A stretch of DNA of 53,047 nucleotides from Candidatus Eiseniibacteriota bacterium (GTDB lineage: Bacteria; Eisenbacteria; RBG-16-71-46). Location: assembly GCA_044222065.1 (NCBI GenBank), contig JBGAOA010000025.1, positions 1 to 53,047 on the forward strand, in the 5' to 3' direction. Both the position numbers and the translations under genes were made by a program. Of this stretch, positions 31,923 through 41,295 are shown in pieces; within the stretch, counting starts at the first letter, position 1, and each line of letters opens with the position of its first letter. Below the pieces are notes generated by a model. The model saw only the letters and a list, made by a program, of their open reading frames with translations. It ran no database searches and had not been told where the DNA came from.

Positions 31923-32489
31923 ATGCGACACCGCAACGATCACCGCCGACTCAGCCGCAACCACTCGCACCGGAGGGCGCTGCTGCGCAACCTGGTGACC
32001 GCGCTCTTCCAGTACGAGCGCATCGAGACCACGGTCGCGAAGGCCAAGGAAGCCCGCCGGCTCGCGGAGCGCCTCATCACGTTCGCGAAGCGCGGCGACG
32101 TGGCGGCGCGACGTCACGTGGACCGCTTCGTCACGCGGCCCGCGGTGACGCGCAAGCTGTTCGACACGATCGCGCCCTGGTACACGGAGCGGAACGGCGG
32201 CTACACGCGCATCCTGCGCATCGGCCACCGGCTCGGCGACGCGGGCGAGACGGCCTACCTCGAGCTGGTGAAGTCGGCCGAGCAGAAGGAGCAGGAACGT
32301 CAGGCGCGCATCGCGGCAGCCGAGGCGAAGGACCCGGCGCTCAAGGGCGACAAGGGTTCGAAGAAGGCCAAGGCGGAAGCCGAGGCCTCGGAGTCCCCGG
32401 CCGAGAAGCCGCAGCGCGGAAAGAAGAAGGAAGGCGGCGCCTCGGCGCCGGCCAAGAAGCGCACCCGCACCGGGGTCAAGACCGGCTAG
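31923..32489 (+). CDS. rplQ: 50S ribosomal protein L17 with a charged C-terminal extension
   Basis: MRHR, IETTVAKAKE, RNGGYTRI. Confidence 0.97.
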   Translation: MRHRNDHRRLSRNHSHRRALLRNLVTALFQYERIETTVAKAKEARRLAERLITFAKRGDVAARRHVDRFVTRPAVTRKLFDTIAPWYTERNGGYTRILRIGHRLGDAGETAYLELVKSAEQKEQERQARIAAAEAKDPALKGDKGSKKAKAEAEASESPAEKPQRGKKKEGGASAPAKKRTRTGVKTG

Positions 32490-32511
32490 CGGCGCGCGCA
32501 CGACAGCACCG

Positions 32512-32545
32512 ACGCGGGCGGGAGCCGGCTCCCGCCCGCGTTTCG
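32512..32545 (+). terminator. Intrinsic terminator ending the ribosomal supercluster
   Basis: Perfect palindrome ACGCGGGCGGGAGCCGGCTCCCGCCCGCGT followed by TTCGTT. Confidence 0.75.
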
Positions 32546-32568
32546 TTGAAGGGCGCCGAGGGCGACGC

Positions 32569-33816
32569 ATGACGCTCCAGCACATCCGAACCGGCCTCGC
32601 CGCCGTCGCGATCGCGGCGGCGTGTCTGGCGTGCGCCTCGCGCGCGCGCGCGGACGCGCCGTCCGACTCGCTCGACGTGCGGTGGTCCGGTCCGGCGCCC
32701 GCGGCCGGAGACACGCTCCGGCGTCCCTTCGAATACCTGTGGGTCGTACGCACCTCGCTCACGAACCGGCGCGACGTCGAGGCGCTGGTCGCGCGCGCCG
32801 AGTCGCTCGGAGTGCGCGGGCTGCTCGTGCAGGTCGTGGGACGGGGCGACGCGTGGTACCACTCCGACTTGCTGCCGCGCCCCGAGGCCGTGCGCGAGGC
32901 GGGCTTCGACCCGCTCGGCACGCTGCTCCCGCTCGCGCACGCCGCGGGGCTCGAAGTGCACGCGTGGATGAACTGCATGCTCGTGTGGTCCGCGGAGCGC
33001 CCGCCCGTGGACCCGCGCCACGTGATCCGCGCGCATCCGGAGTGGGTGTCGCGGCTCGCCGACGGACGCCCGATGACGCGCCTCACCGCCCGCCAGCGGG
33101 CGCGGCTCAAGCTCGAGGGCGTCTTCCTCGCGCCCGGTCATCCGCAGGTGCGCACGTGGCTCGCGCGCGTCGCGTCGGAACTCGTGACACGCTACCCGGT
33201 GGACGGCCTCCAGCTCGACTACATCCGGCTGCCGAGCGCCGCGACCGGCTTCGACCCGACGACGCGCGCGAAGTTCGCGTTCCAGAGCGGCGTGGACGTC
33301 GTGCGGCTCGACCTCGTTCCGCGGCGCGATCGCGCGCGCGTGGATTCGCTGTGGGCCGATTTCCAGGCGCGCCAGGTCGTCGCGGCCGTCGCCGAGATCC
33401 GCGACAGCGTCCGGCGCGTGCGGCCGGACCTGCCGCTCTCGGCCGCCGTGCTCGCCGACACCCTCACGGCGCGGCGCGTGAACGCGCAGGTGTGGTGGGA
33501 GTGGCTGCGGGACGGTCTGGTGGATCGCGCCTTCGTGATGTGCTACGCCCCCGTCGTACAAACCGTGCTCGACCAGATGCTCGGTTACGCCGAGCGCTTC
33601 TCCGCGCCGTCGCGCATCGTGCCCGGCATCGCCGTCTACAACTGCCCGCCCTCGGCGGCGGCGGCCAAGATCAAGGCCGCGCGCGCGCTCGGCTACCCGG
33701 CGGTCGCACTCTATTCCTACGATTCCCTGTTCGAGCGGCGCAGCTACTGGCCGCTCCTGTCCGACCTCCTGCGCCCCGACGCTCCGGGCGCGGAGGTCCT
33801 CGAGGAGGCTCCTTGA
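32569..33816 (+). CDS. Secreted glycoside hydrolase-like 10 (GHL10, YddW/DigH-like) protein
   Basis: Signal peptide; [14 protein letters not shown]...[34 protein letters not shown]. Confidence 0.82.
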   Translation: MTLQHIRTGLAAVAIAAACLACASRARADAPSDSLDVRWSGPAPAAGDTLRRPFEYLWVVRTSLTNRRDVEALVARAESLGVRGLLVQVVGRGDAWYHSDLLPRPEAVREAGFDPLGTLLPLAHAAGLEVHAWMNCMLVWSAERPPVDPRHVIRAHPEWVSRLADGRPMTRLTARQRARLKLEGVFLAPGHPQVRTWLARVASELVTRYPVDGLQLDYIRLPSAATGFDPTTRAKFAFQSGVDVVRLDLVPRRDRARVDSLWADFQARQVVAAVAEIRDSVRRVRPDLPLSAAVLADTLTARRVNAQVWWEWLRDGLVDRAFVMCYAPVVQTVLDQMLGYAERFSAPSRIVPGIAVYNCPPSAAAAKIKAARALGYPAVALYSYDSLFERRSYWPLLSDLLRPDAPGAEVLEEAP

Positions 33817-33821
33817 CGGTC

Positions 33822-35675
33822 ATGACCCCGCGCTCCGCGTCCCACTCCGATCTCGCCACGCGCGAGGACCTGCGCAACATTGCGATCATCGCCCACGTCG
33901 ACCACGGCAAGACGACGCTCGTCGACGCGATGCTGTGGCAGAGCGGCGTGTTCCGCGAGAACCAGGAAGTCGCCGAGCGCGTCATGGACTCGAACGACCT
34001 CGAGCGCGAGAAGGGCATCACGATCCTCGCGAAGAACACCGCGGTGCGCTTCGGCCGCCACAAGATCAACATCGTGGACACCCCCGGCCACGCGGACTTC
34101 GGCGGCGAGGTCGAGCGCACGCTCAAGATGGTGGACGGCGTGCTGCTGCTCGTGGACGCGAGCGAAGGGCCGCTGCCGCAGACGCGCTTCGTGCTGCGCA
34201 AGGCGCTCGAGCTGCACCTGCCGCCGATCATCGTGATCAACAAGATCGACCGGAAGGACGCGCGTCCGCAGGAGGTGCTGAACGAGATCTACGACCTGTT
34301 CATCGATCTCGACGCGCAGGAGGACCAGCTCGACTTCCCGGTGCTGTACACGATCGCGCGCGAAGGCGTCTGCCGCCTCACGGCCGACGGCGAGAACCAC
34401 CGGCTCGAGCCGCTGTTCGAACAGATCGTGAAGACGATCCCGGCGCCGCGCTACGACCGTCAGTCGCCGCTCCAGATGCTCGTGCTGAACCTCGACTACA
34501 GCGACTACGTCGGCCGTCTCGCGATCGGCCGCATCGTGAACGGCAGCGTGCGCGCGCGGCAGGACGTCGCGCTCGCCGCGCTCGACGGCTCGACGATCCG
34601 CACGCGCGTCACGAACCTCTACGCGTTCGAAGGCCTCGAGCGGGTCGAGGTGCCCGAGGCGGGCCCCGGGGACATCGTCGCGCTCGCGGGCTTCGAGGCC
34701 GTGAGCATCGGCGAGACGATCACCGATCCCGAGGACCCGCGCCCGCTCGCGCGCGTCCAGATCGACGAGCCGACCGTCAGCATGATCTTCCAGGTCAACA
34801 ACTCCCCGTTCGCGGGGCAGGAAGGCAAGTTCGTCACGTCGCGGAACCTCAAGGACCGGCTCGATCGCGAGCTGCTCACGAACGTGAGCATCCGGGTCGA
34901 GGCGGGCGAGTCGCCCGACCAGTTCAAGGTCTCGGGCCGCGGCGAGCTGCAGATGGCGATCCTGATCGAGACGATGCGCCGCGAGGGCTTCGAGCTCGCG
35001 GTCGGCAAGCCCGAAGTCATCACGCGCGTCGTGGACGGAACGCGCCACGAGCCGATGGAGCGCCTCGTCATCGACTGCCCGGAGGAGTTCGTCGGCGTCG
35101 TCACCGAGAAGATCGGGCGCCGCCGGGGGCGCATGACGAACATGGTCAACCACGGCACGGGCCGCGTCCGGCTCGAGTTCCGCATTCCGTCGCGCGGGCT
35201 GATCGGCTTCCGCAGCCAGTTCCTCACCGACACGCGCGGCACCGGCCTGCTCAACCACCTGTTCGACGGCTACGAGCCGTGGCAGGGCGAGATCCCTCAC
35301 CGCACGACCGGGGCGCTCGTCGCCGACCGGACGGGCAAGGCGACCGGTTACGCGATCGAGCACGCGCAGGCGCGCGGCGAGATGTTCATCGAGCCGGGGG
35401 AGCGGATCTACGAGGGCATGATCGTCGGCGAGAACGCGCGCGAAGAGGACATCGACGTGAACATCGTGAAGGAGAAGAAGCTCACGAACATGCGATCGTC
35501 GACGGCCGAGGAAGGCATCCAGCTGTTGCCGGCGCACCGCATGACGCTCGAGCACGCGCTCGAATGGGTGCGCGAGGACGAACTGCTCGAGGTGACGCCG
35601 AAGTCGCTCCGGCTGCGCAAGCGCGTCCTGCAGGCGAACGTCCGCCCGCGCTACTGGCAGAAGGGCGGCCAGTAG
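33822..35675 (+). CDS. typA: Translational GTPase TypA/BipA
   Basis: [55 protein letters not shown]; start at 33822 within ORF-track ORF 32622..35675. Confidence 0.97.
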   Translation: MTPRSASHSDLATREDLRNIAIIAHVDHGKTTLVDAMLWQSGVFRENQEVAERVMDSNDLEREKGITILAKNTAVRFGRHKINIVDTPGHADFGGEVERTLKMVDGVLLLVDASEGPLPQTRFVLRKALELHLPPIIVINKIDRKDARPQEVLNEIYDLFIDLDAQEDQLDFPVLYTIAREGVCRLTADGENHRLEPLFEQIVKTIPAPRYDRQSPLQMLVLNLDYSDYVGRLAIGRIVNGSVRARQDVALAALDGSTIRTRVTNLYAFEGLERVEVPEAGPGDIVALAGFEAVSIGETITDPEDPRPLARVQIDEPTVSMIFQVNNSPFAGQEGKFVTSRNLKDRLDRELLTNVSIRVEAGESPDQFKVSGRGELQMAILIETMRREGFELAVGKPEVITRVVDGTRHEPMERLVIDCPEEFVGVVTEKIGRRRGRMTNMVNHGTGRVRLEFRIPSRGLIGFRSQFLTDTRGTGLLNHLFDGYEPWQGEIPHRTTGALVADRTGKATGYAIEHAQARGEMFIEPGERIYEGMIVGENAREEDIDVNIVKEKKLTNMRSSTAEEGIQLLPAHRMTLEHALEWVREDELLEVTPKSLRLRKRVLQANVRPRYWQKGGQ

Positions 35676-35775
35676 TCGGCGAGGGACGGCGCGCGGCCCG
35701 GATTGCGGGCGAAAACACGCTCAACGACGGGTTCCGGACGGCCGATAACGCTATCCGGACCCGACCGGAGAGCGC

Positions 35776-38700
35776 ATGGACTCGTTCGATTCCCGGCCCC
35801 TGAAGGGACACGACGGCAGCGCACGACCGCGCACGGAAGCGCCGGAGGGAAGCCCCCGGGACGCCGCGCGCGTGTTCCTGACCGCGGAGCAGAACCCGAG
35901 CGCCGACTCGCGACGCATCGCGCTCGGCCTCACCGTGCTCGCGCTGCTCTCGGTCGTGCTCCTCAACTTCGGCATCTACCAGGGCGCGCGCTCGAACCTG
36001 CAGAAGCAGCGCTGGGCCGACCTCGAGGCCCAGACCGATTCCAAGCGCGAGGAAGTCCGCGGATTCCTGTGGGAGATCCAGCGCCACGCCGAGTTCGTCT
36101 CCGCGCAGAGCCACATCGTCGGGTGGGCCGTGCGCGGCGCGGCCGGCGACCTCGACGAATCGTCGCGGCTCGCGCTCGTGCAGGAGTTCCGCAAGGCCTC
36201 GTTGACGCTCCACTTCGAGAACGTCGCGCTCGTGACTCCCGACCGCGCGTGTCTCGCGGACGGCGGCGCAGACGGCGCCGGCGCCGGCCCGGCCGACTTC
36301 GACCTCGGCGCGCGCGCGGTGTCGTCGCGCCGAACGCTCGTGGACGACGGCGACATCCTGCGCGGCCGCGGCGTGCTGCGCATCGGCGTGCCCGTCGGCC
36401 CGCCCGGCGCGCCGCCGGTCGCGGCGCTCATCTTCCGCAGCCGCATCGACGAGGCGCTGGAGCCGATCCTCGCCGCGTGGCCGGGATTCGGCCCGACCGC
36501 CGGCGCCTACCTCGTGCGGCGCACGGACCGGGGCCTCGTGTGCATCACGACGCCGCCGCCCGCGATCGGCGGCGCGGTGGGCGAGGCGCTCACGGTGGGC
36601 ACGCCGCTCGCGCGGCCGGCCGACATCGCCGCCGAGTCCATCGAATCCACGATCGACGCCGTCGACGCGAGCGGGCGGCCGCTCTGGGTCGTGACGCGCG
36701 GCCTGCCCGAGTTCGGGTGGGGGCTCGTCGGCCAGGTCGATCCGCGAGCGATGATGGAGGGCCTGCACGGAACCGTCGCGGGGCTGCTCGCGCTCGACAG
36801 CGCGATGCTGCTGCTCGGCCTCGCCGGCGTGTGGTTCTGGCGCCGCCAGTACCAGACCGGACTCGCGCGCCGCGAGATCGAGGTGTCGCGTCGTCACGCC
36901 TCGCGCGTCCAGGCGATCTTCGACACGGCGTTCGACGCGATCCTCACGTTCGACCGCACCGGACGCATCGTGACCGTGAATCGCGCCGCGGAACGGCTGT
37001 TCCAGCGCGCCGCCGTCGAGCTCGAGACCCAGCCGATCCACCGCGTGCTGCGCTGGGACGCGGAACAGGCGGATCCGAACACCGGCCTTCCGGCGCGCGG
37101 CGTCGTCTCGCGCGGACACGTGGTCGCGGCGCAGGGCGAGACGCCGGTCGAGTTCTCGCTCGGCACCGCGGGCGAGGGCGGCGAGCTGGTGTACACGGCG
37201 ATCGTGCGCGACATCCGCGAACGCGTCGAGAACGAGGCGCGCATCCGGACGTTCGCCGAAGGGCTCGAATCCTCGAACCGCCGCCTGGAAGAGGTGAACG
37301 CGCAGCTCGAGGAAGCCTCCCGGCTCAAGAGCGAGTTCCTCGCGAATACGTCTCACGAGCTGCGCACGCCCTTGAACGGCATGATCGGCTTCCTGCAGCT
37401 CGTGCTCGACGGACTCTGCGACTCGCCCGACGAGGAGCGCGACTTCCTCCAGCAGGCGCTCGCGTGCTCGCGCCACCTGCTCGGCCTCATCAACGACGTG
37501 CTCGACATCGCGAAGATCGAGTCGGGCAAGATCTCGCTCGAAATCGCCTCGGTGGACCTGCGGGCGCTGTTCGACGAGGTGCACACGGTGACGCACGTGC
37601 AGGCGCAGCAGCGGGGGCTCGAGCTGCGTTTCGAACCGCCCGACGATCCGGACATCCGGGCGCGCGGCGACTTCGGGAAGGTGAAGCAGATCCTCATCAA
37701 CCTGATCGGCAACAGCCTCAAGTTCACCCACCAGGGTTCGATCACGCTGCGCGCGACGGCGCGCCCCGACACCGGGCACGTGATGCTCGAGGTGCGCGAC
37801 ACGGGCATCGGCATCGACCCGTCGCGGCAGCGCGTGATCTTCGAGAAATTCACGCAGGCGGACGGCAGCACGACGCGCAAGTACGGCGGCACGGGGCTGG
37901 GCCTCGCGATCTCGAAGAGCCTCGTCGAGCTCATGGGCGGCGTGATCGGCGTCGAGAGCCGCGGCGAAGGGCAGGGCACCCGCATGTACTTCTCGCTGCC
38001 GCTCTGGCGCGAGGAGGAAGGCGCGAGTCCGGCGGGCACCGAGGCGGCGGGGCGCGTCGAGGGTCCCGAGGACTCGCCGCTCGTGCTCGTCGTCGAGGAC
38101 GATCCGGTGTTCCGTCACTACCTGCGCTCGCTGCTGCACGTGAACGGCTATCGGACGGCCGAGGCGGCGCACGCGGACGGCGGCTGGGCGCTCGCGCTCG
38201 AATTGCGGCCCTCGCTCGTGCTGCTCGACTACGCGCTCGCGTGCCCCGAAGGCGCGACCGTGCGCACCGGCTGGGAGCTGGCCGAACGGCTCGCGGGCGC
38301 CGACGAGACGCGGCACGTGCCGGTCGTGTTCGTGACCGGGTTCGAGGACGAGCTGCACGCGCGGGTGCGCGACAGCCTGTTCTCGCGGCGCCCCACGCAC
38401 CTCGTGAAGCCGATCGAAGGCCCGCAGCTCATCCGCCGCATGGACGAGGTCCTCGGTTCCACGCCCGGCGTCGTGCGCGTCCTGCTCGCCGACGACGATC
38501 CGTTGGTCGCGGCGTACGTGCGCCGCACGCTGCCGGCCGCGCGCTTCGACCTCGACACCGCCGCGAACGGCGAGGAGTGCCTGCGGAAGCTGCGGTCGCG
38601 CGCGGGCGCCTACGACCTGCTCGTGCTCGACCTCATGATGCCCGAGGTGAGCGGCTACGACGTGCTGCGCGAACTGACGCTGACGGGGATCGCGCGGGAG

Positions 38701-38913
38701 CTGCCGGTCCTCGTGCTCACGAACGTCACCGATGGCTGGAGCGAGGACGAGCGGCGACTGCTCGAACAGGGCGCCGTGCTCGACGTGCTCCCGAAGTCGG
38801 ACGTGCACGAACGCCCGGCCCTGTTGCCGCACGTGATCGAACGGCACCTGCGGCGTGCGCAGGGCGCGCGCCCCGACGACGACGCACCGGAACGGGAGGC
38901 GCGCGCCGCATGA
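35776..38913 (+). CDS. Membrane hybrid sensor histidine kinase (2 TM with extracytoplasmic sensor, PAS, HisKA, HATPase, two receiver domains)
   Basis: H-box FLANTSHELRTPLN, N-box QILINLIGNSLKFT, DTGIGI, GGTGLGL; two REC domains (VEDD...LLD...KP and ADDD...LDLMMP...K). Confidence 0.93.
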   Translation: MDSFDSRPLKGHDGSARPRTEAPEGSPRDAARVFLTAEQNPSADSRRIALGLTVLALLSVVLLNFGIYQGARSNLQKQRWADLEAQTDSKREEVRGFLWEIQRHAEFVSAQSHIVGWAVRGAAGDLDESSRLALVQEFRKASLTLHFENVALVTPDRACLADGGADGAGAGPADFDLGARAVSSRRTLVDDGDILRGRGVLRIGVPVGPPGAPPVAALIFRSRIDEALEPILAAWPGFGPTAGAYLVRRTDRGLVCITTPPPAIGGAVGEALTVGTPLARPADIAAESIESTIDAVDASGRPLWVVTRGLPEFGWGLVGQVDPRAMMEGLHGTVAGLLALDSAMLLLGLAGVWFWRRQYQTGLARREIEVSRRHASRVQAIFDTAFDAILTFDRTGRIVTVNRAAERLFQRAAVELETQPIHRVLRWDAEQADPNTGLPARGVVSRGHVVAAQGETPVEFSLGTAGEGGELVYTAIVRDIRERVENEARIRTFAEGLESSNRRLEEVNAQLEEASRLKSEFLANTSHELRTPLNGMIGFLQLVLDGLCDSPDEERDFLQQALACSRHLLGLINDVLDIAKIESGKISLEIASVDLRALFDEVHTVTHVQAQQRGLELRFEPPDDPDIRARGDFGKVKQILINLIGNSLKFTHQGSITLRATARPDTGHVMLEVRDTGIGIDPSRQRVIFEKFTQADGSTTRKYGGTGLGLAISKSLVELMGGVIGVESRGEGQGTRMYFSLPLWREEEGASPAGTEAAGRVEGPEDSPLVLVVEDDPVFRHYLRSLLHVNGYRTAEAAHADGGWALALELRPSLVLLDYALACPEGATVRTGWELAERLAGADETRHVPVVFVTGFEDELHARVRDSLFSRRPTHLVKPIEGPQLIRRMDEVLGSTPGVVRVLLADDDPLVAAYVRRTLPAARFDLDTAANGEECLRKLRSRAGAYDLLVLDLMMPEVSGYDVLRELTLTGIARELPVLVLTNVTDGWSEDERRLLEQGAVLDVLPKSDVHERPALLPHVIERHLRRAQGARPDDDAPEREARAA

Positions 38914-39314
38914 GGCACATCGTGGTGGTCGAAGACGACGCGCACAACGCGGTGCTCTTCCGCCGGCTGCTCGAGAAGCGCGGCCCGTTCCGCGTCACGG
39001 TCACCGAATCGGCCGAGGAAGTGCTCGCGCTCGCGCGCTCGGGCGACACGGCGCTCGTGATGCTCGACGTGTCGCTCGCGAACACGACCTACGAGGGCCG
39101 CGCGCTCAACGGCGTGGACCTGTGCCGGCTGCTGAAGGCCGATCCCGCGGCCGCGCGGGTGCCGGTCGTGCTCGCGACCGCGCACGCGATGCGCGGCGAC
39201 GGCGAGCGCCTGCTGGCCGAGAGCGGCGCCGACGAATACGTCGCGAAGCCCATCGTGGACCACACCGCGTTCGTCGAGCGGCTCCGGACGCTGTGCGAGC
39301 GGGAGGCGGCGTGA
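38910..39314 (+). CDS. Single-domain response regulator (DivK/DevR-like)
   Basis: MRHIVVVEDD, MLDVSL, TAHAMRGD, YVAKP; ATGA overlap with the kinase; tail of ORF-track ORF 35703..39314. Confidence 0.9.
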   Translation: MRHIVVVEDDAHNAVLFRRLLEKRGPFRVTVTESAEEVLALARSGDTALVMLDVSLANTTYEGRALNGVDLCRLLKADPAAARVPVVLATAHAMRGDGERLLAESGADEYVAKPIVDHTAFVERLRTLCEREAA

Positions 39315-39934
39315 AGAGCCCGAAGGACTGCCGCGTCCTCGTCGTGGACGACGACCGCTTCTTCCAGCGCGTCCTCGAGAAGCGGCTCGCGGCGGAGAAC
39401 TACCAGGTGCAGTGCGCCGCCGACGGACGCGAGGGCATGCGGGCGATCGTCGCGTGGGAGCCGGACCTCGTGCTGTCGGACTGGATGATGCCCGAGGTGG
39501 ACGGCCTCGAATTGTGCCAGTCGGTCAAGACGGGGCTCGGCGACGGGGCGCCGTACTTCATCCTGCTCACGGCGAAGGGCGAGATCAGCGACCGGCTGCT
39601 CGGACTCAGGACCGGGGCCGACGACTACCTCGTGAAGCCGTGCGACCACGGGGAGCTGCTCGCGCGCATCCGCGCGGGTCTCCGGATCGTGTCGCTCACG
39701 AAGGACCTGAAGCGCGCGACCGCCGACCTCGATCAGGCGCGCTTCGAGCTGTTCGCGCTGCGCGCGCAGGTCGCGGCGCTCGCGGGTGCCTCCGCCCTGT
39801 GCCCGCGCTGCGGGCGCGTGCGTGGCGAAGGCGGCGCGTGGATGCCGCCGGCCGTGCCGCTCGCGAGCGAAGTGCAGGCGCTGCTGCCGCTCGACGCGTG
39901 CCCCGAGTGCCTGGCCGACCGCCGCGCCGCGTGA
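39311..39934 (+). CDS. Response regulator with coiled coil and C-terminal CxxC...CxxC module
   Basis: VLVVDDD, SDWMMPEVDG, LTAK, GADDYLVKP, then CPRC...W...CPEC; GTGA overlap, GGAGG SD. Confidence 0.88.
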   Translation: MKSPKDCRVLVVDDDRFFQRVLEKRLAAENYQVQCAADGREGMRAIVAWEPDLVLSDWMMPEVDGLELCQSVKTGLGDGAPYFILLTAKGEISDRLLGLRTGADDYLVKPCDHGELLARIRAGLRIVSLTKDLKRATADLDQARFELFALRAQVAALAGASALCPRCGRVRGEGGAWMPPAVPLASEVQALLPLDACPECLADRRAA

Positions 39935-40023
39935 GCGCCACGGTCGCGCGGCCGCGCGCGAGCCGGTAAGCTCCGCCGCCGCGGCGCCGCACGGCGCGAC
40001 GCCGCGGCCCAACGGAGGATCGA

Positions 40024-41034
40024 GTGTCGGCGAACGTCCTGCTCGTCGGAGGCGCGGGCTTCCTCGGATCGCACGTCGCGCGCGCGTTCGTCGCCCGCGG
40101 GCATCGCGTGACGTCGCTGTCGCGCACGAAGCGCTCGCGCGTGGACGGCGTCGTGTCGCTCGTCGCCGACCGGCGCGACGCGAGCGCGCTCGCCGCGGCG
40201 CTCGACGGCAAGCGGTTCGACTTCACGGTGGACCTCGCGGCCTACGACGCCGCCGACGTCGAAGGGCTGCTGCTCGTGCCGTACGCCGCCACCGGACGCT
40301 ACGTGCTCGTCTCGACCGGACAGGTGTACCTCGTCACCCGGGACGCGAAGCCGCCGTACCGCGAGGAGGACTCGGCCGGCACGGTGATGGACGAGCCCGC
40401 GCCCGGCTCGCCCGATCACGCCGGCTGGGCCTACGGCGTGGGGAAGCGGCGCGCGGAAGGCGCGCTGCAGGCGATCCGCCAGTCCTACGGCGTTCGCGCG
40501 CACGTGCTGCGTCTGCCGATCCTGCAGGGCGAGGGCGACGTGTCGCTGCGCCTGTGGGCGTGGGTCGAGCGCCTGCTCGACGGCGGCCCGATCGTGCTGC
40601 CCGACGGCGGCCGCACGCCGGTGCGGCACCTGCTCGCCGCCGACGCCGCACGGCTGCTCGTGCGCTGGCTCGAGGGCGCGCCGCCCCGCGAGTCCGTCTA
40701 CAACTTCGCCCCGATCGAATCCACGACGCTCGCGGACGTCATCGCGCTGCTCGCGCGCACGCTCGGGGTCGAGCCGCGCATCGTGCCGGCCCCGGCGGAC
40801 GAACTCGCCGCGGCGGGCCTGCCGATCTCGACTTATCCGTACGCGAGCCGCTGGGCCTCGGTGCTGGACCCCGCGCGCGCCGTCGCCGAGTTCGCGATCG
40901 TCCCGGAGCGGGTCCTCGACTACCTGCCGGCGCTCGCCCGCGCGCTCGCCCGCGAACGCCCCGACGAGCACGACATGGGCTACGTCCTGCGCGAGCGGGA
41001 GCTCGAGTTCGCCCGCGCCCGCGCGGGCGCGTGA
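40024..41034 (+). CDS. NAD-dependent epimerase/dehydratase (extended/atypical SDR)
   Basis: GGAGFLG Rossmann motif, ST, YGVGK (YxxxK); GGAGG SD. Confidence 0.88.
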   Translation: MSANVLLVGGAGFLGSHVARAFVARGHRVTSLSRTKRSRVDGVVSLVADRRDASALAAALDGKRFDFTVDLAAYDAADVEGLLLVPYAATGRYVLVSTGQVYLVTRDAKPPYREEDSAGTVMDEPAPGSPDHAGWAYGVGKRRAEGALQAIRQSYGVRAHVLRLPILQGEGDVSLRLWAWVERLLDGGPIVLPDGGRTPVRHLLAADAARLLVRWLEGAPPRESVYNFAPIESTTLADVIALLARTLGVEPRIVPAPADELAAAGLPISTYPYASRWASVLDPARAVAEFAIVPERVLDYLPALARALARERPDEHDMGYVLRERELEFARARAGA

Positions 41035-41063
41035 GCGTGGGGCGTCTCACCCGCGGCCGCGGC

Positions 41064-41093
41064 TTGACCGCTCGAAAGCGGCCCGACTAAACT
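41064..41093 (+). promoter_or_regulatory. Sigma70-type promoter of tRNA-Asn
   Basis: TTGACC-N18-TAAACT followed by a GC-rich discriminator. Confidence 0.65.
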
Positions 41094-41156
41094 CCGCGCC
41101 CTGTTTCCTCACCAGCACGCGTGGCGGCCGCGCCTTCGCCGCGCTCGAAGCGACGT

Positions 41157-41231
41157 TCCTCGGTAGCTCAACGGCAGAGCATCCGGCTGTTAACCGGAGG
41201 GTTGTAGGTTCGAATCCTACCCGAGGAGCCA
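41157..41231 (+). tRNA. tRNA-Asn (GTT)
   Basis: Acceptor TCCTCGG/CCGAGGA, anticodon arm TCCGG-CTGTTAA-CCGGA, T-loop GTTCGAATC, encoded CCA. Confidence 0.97.
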
Positions 41232-41239
41232 GTGTGCGA

Positions 41240-41273
41240 AGCCCCCGTGACTCGACGAGTTGCGGGGGCTCTT
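41240..41273 (+). terminator. Hairpin after tRNA-Asn (probable terminator)
   Basis: AGCCCCCGTGACTC-gac-GAGTTGCGGGGGCT stem with G-U pairs; weak pyrimidine tail. Confidence 0.55.
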
Positions 41274-41295
41274 CGCTTGGCGCACTCTGCCCGCC

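Noticed and set aside
32622..35675. 1017-aa ORF suggesting a large N-terminal fusion on TypA
   Set aside because: The upstream part is off-frame within the GHL10 gene; TypA starts at 33822
35703..39314. 1203-aa ORF overlapping the histidine kinase
   Set aside because: Only the last 134 aa (from 38910) are a real response regulator; the rest is Arg/Ala-rich off-frame sequence
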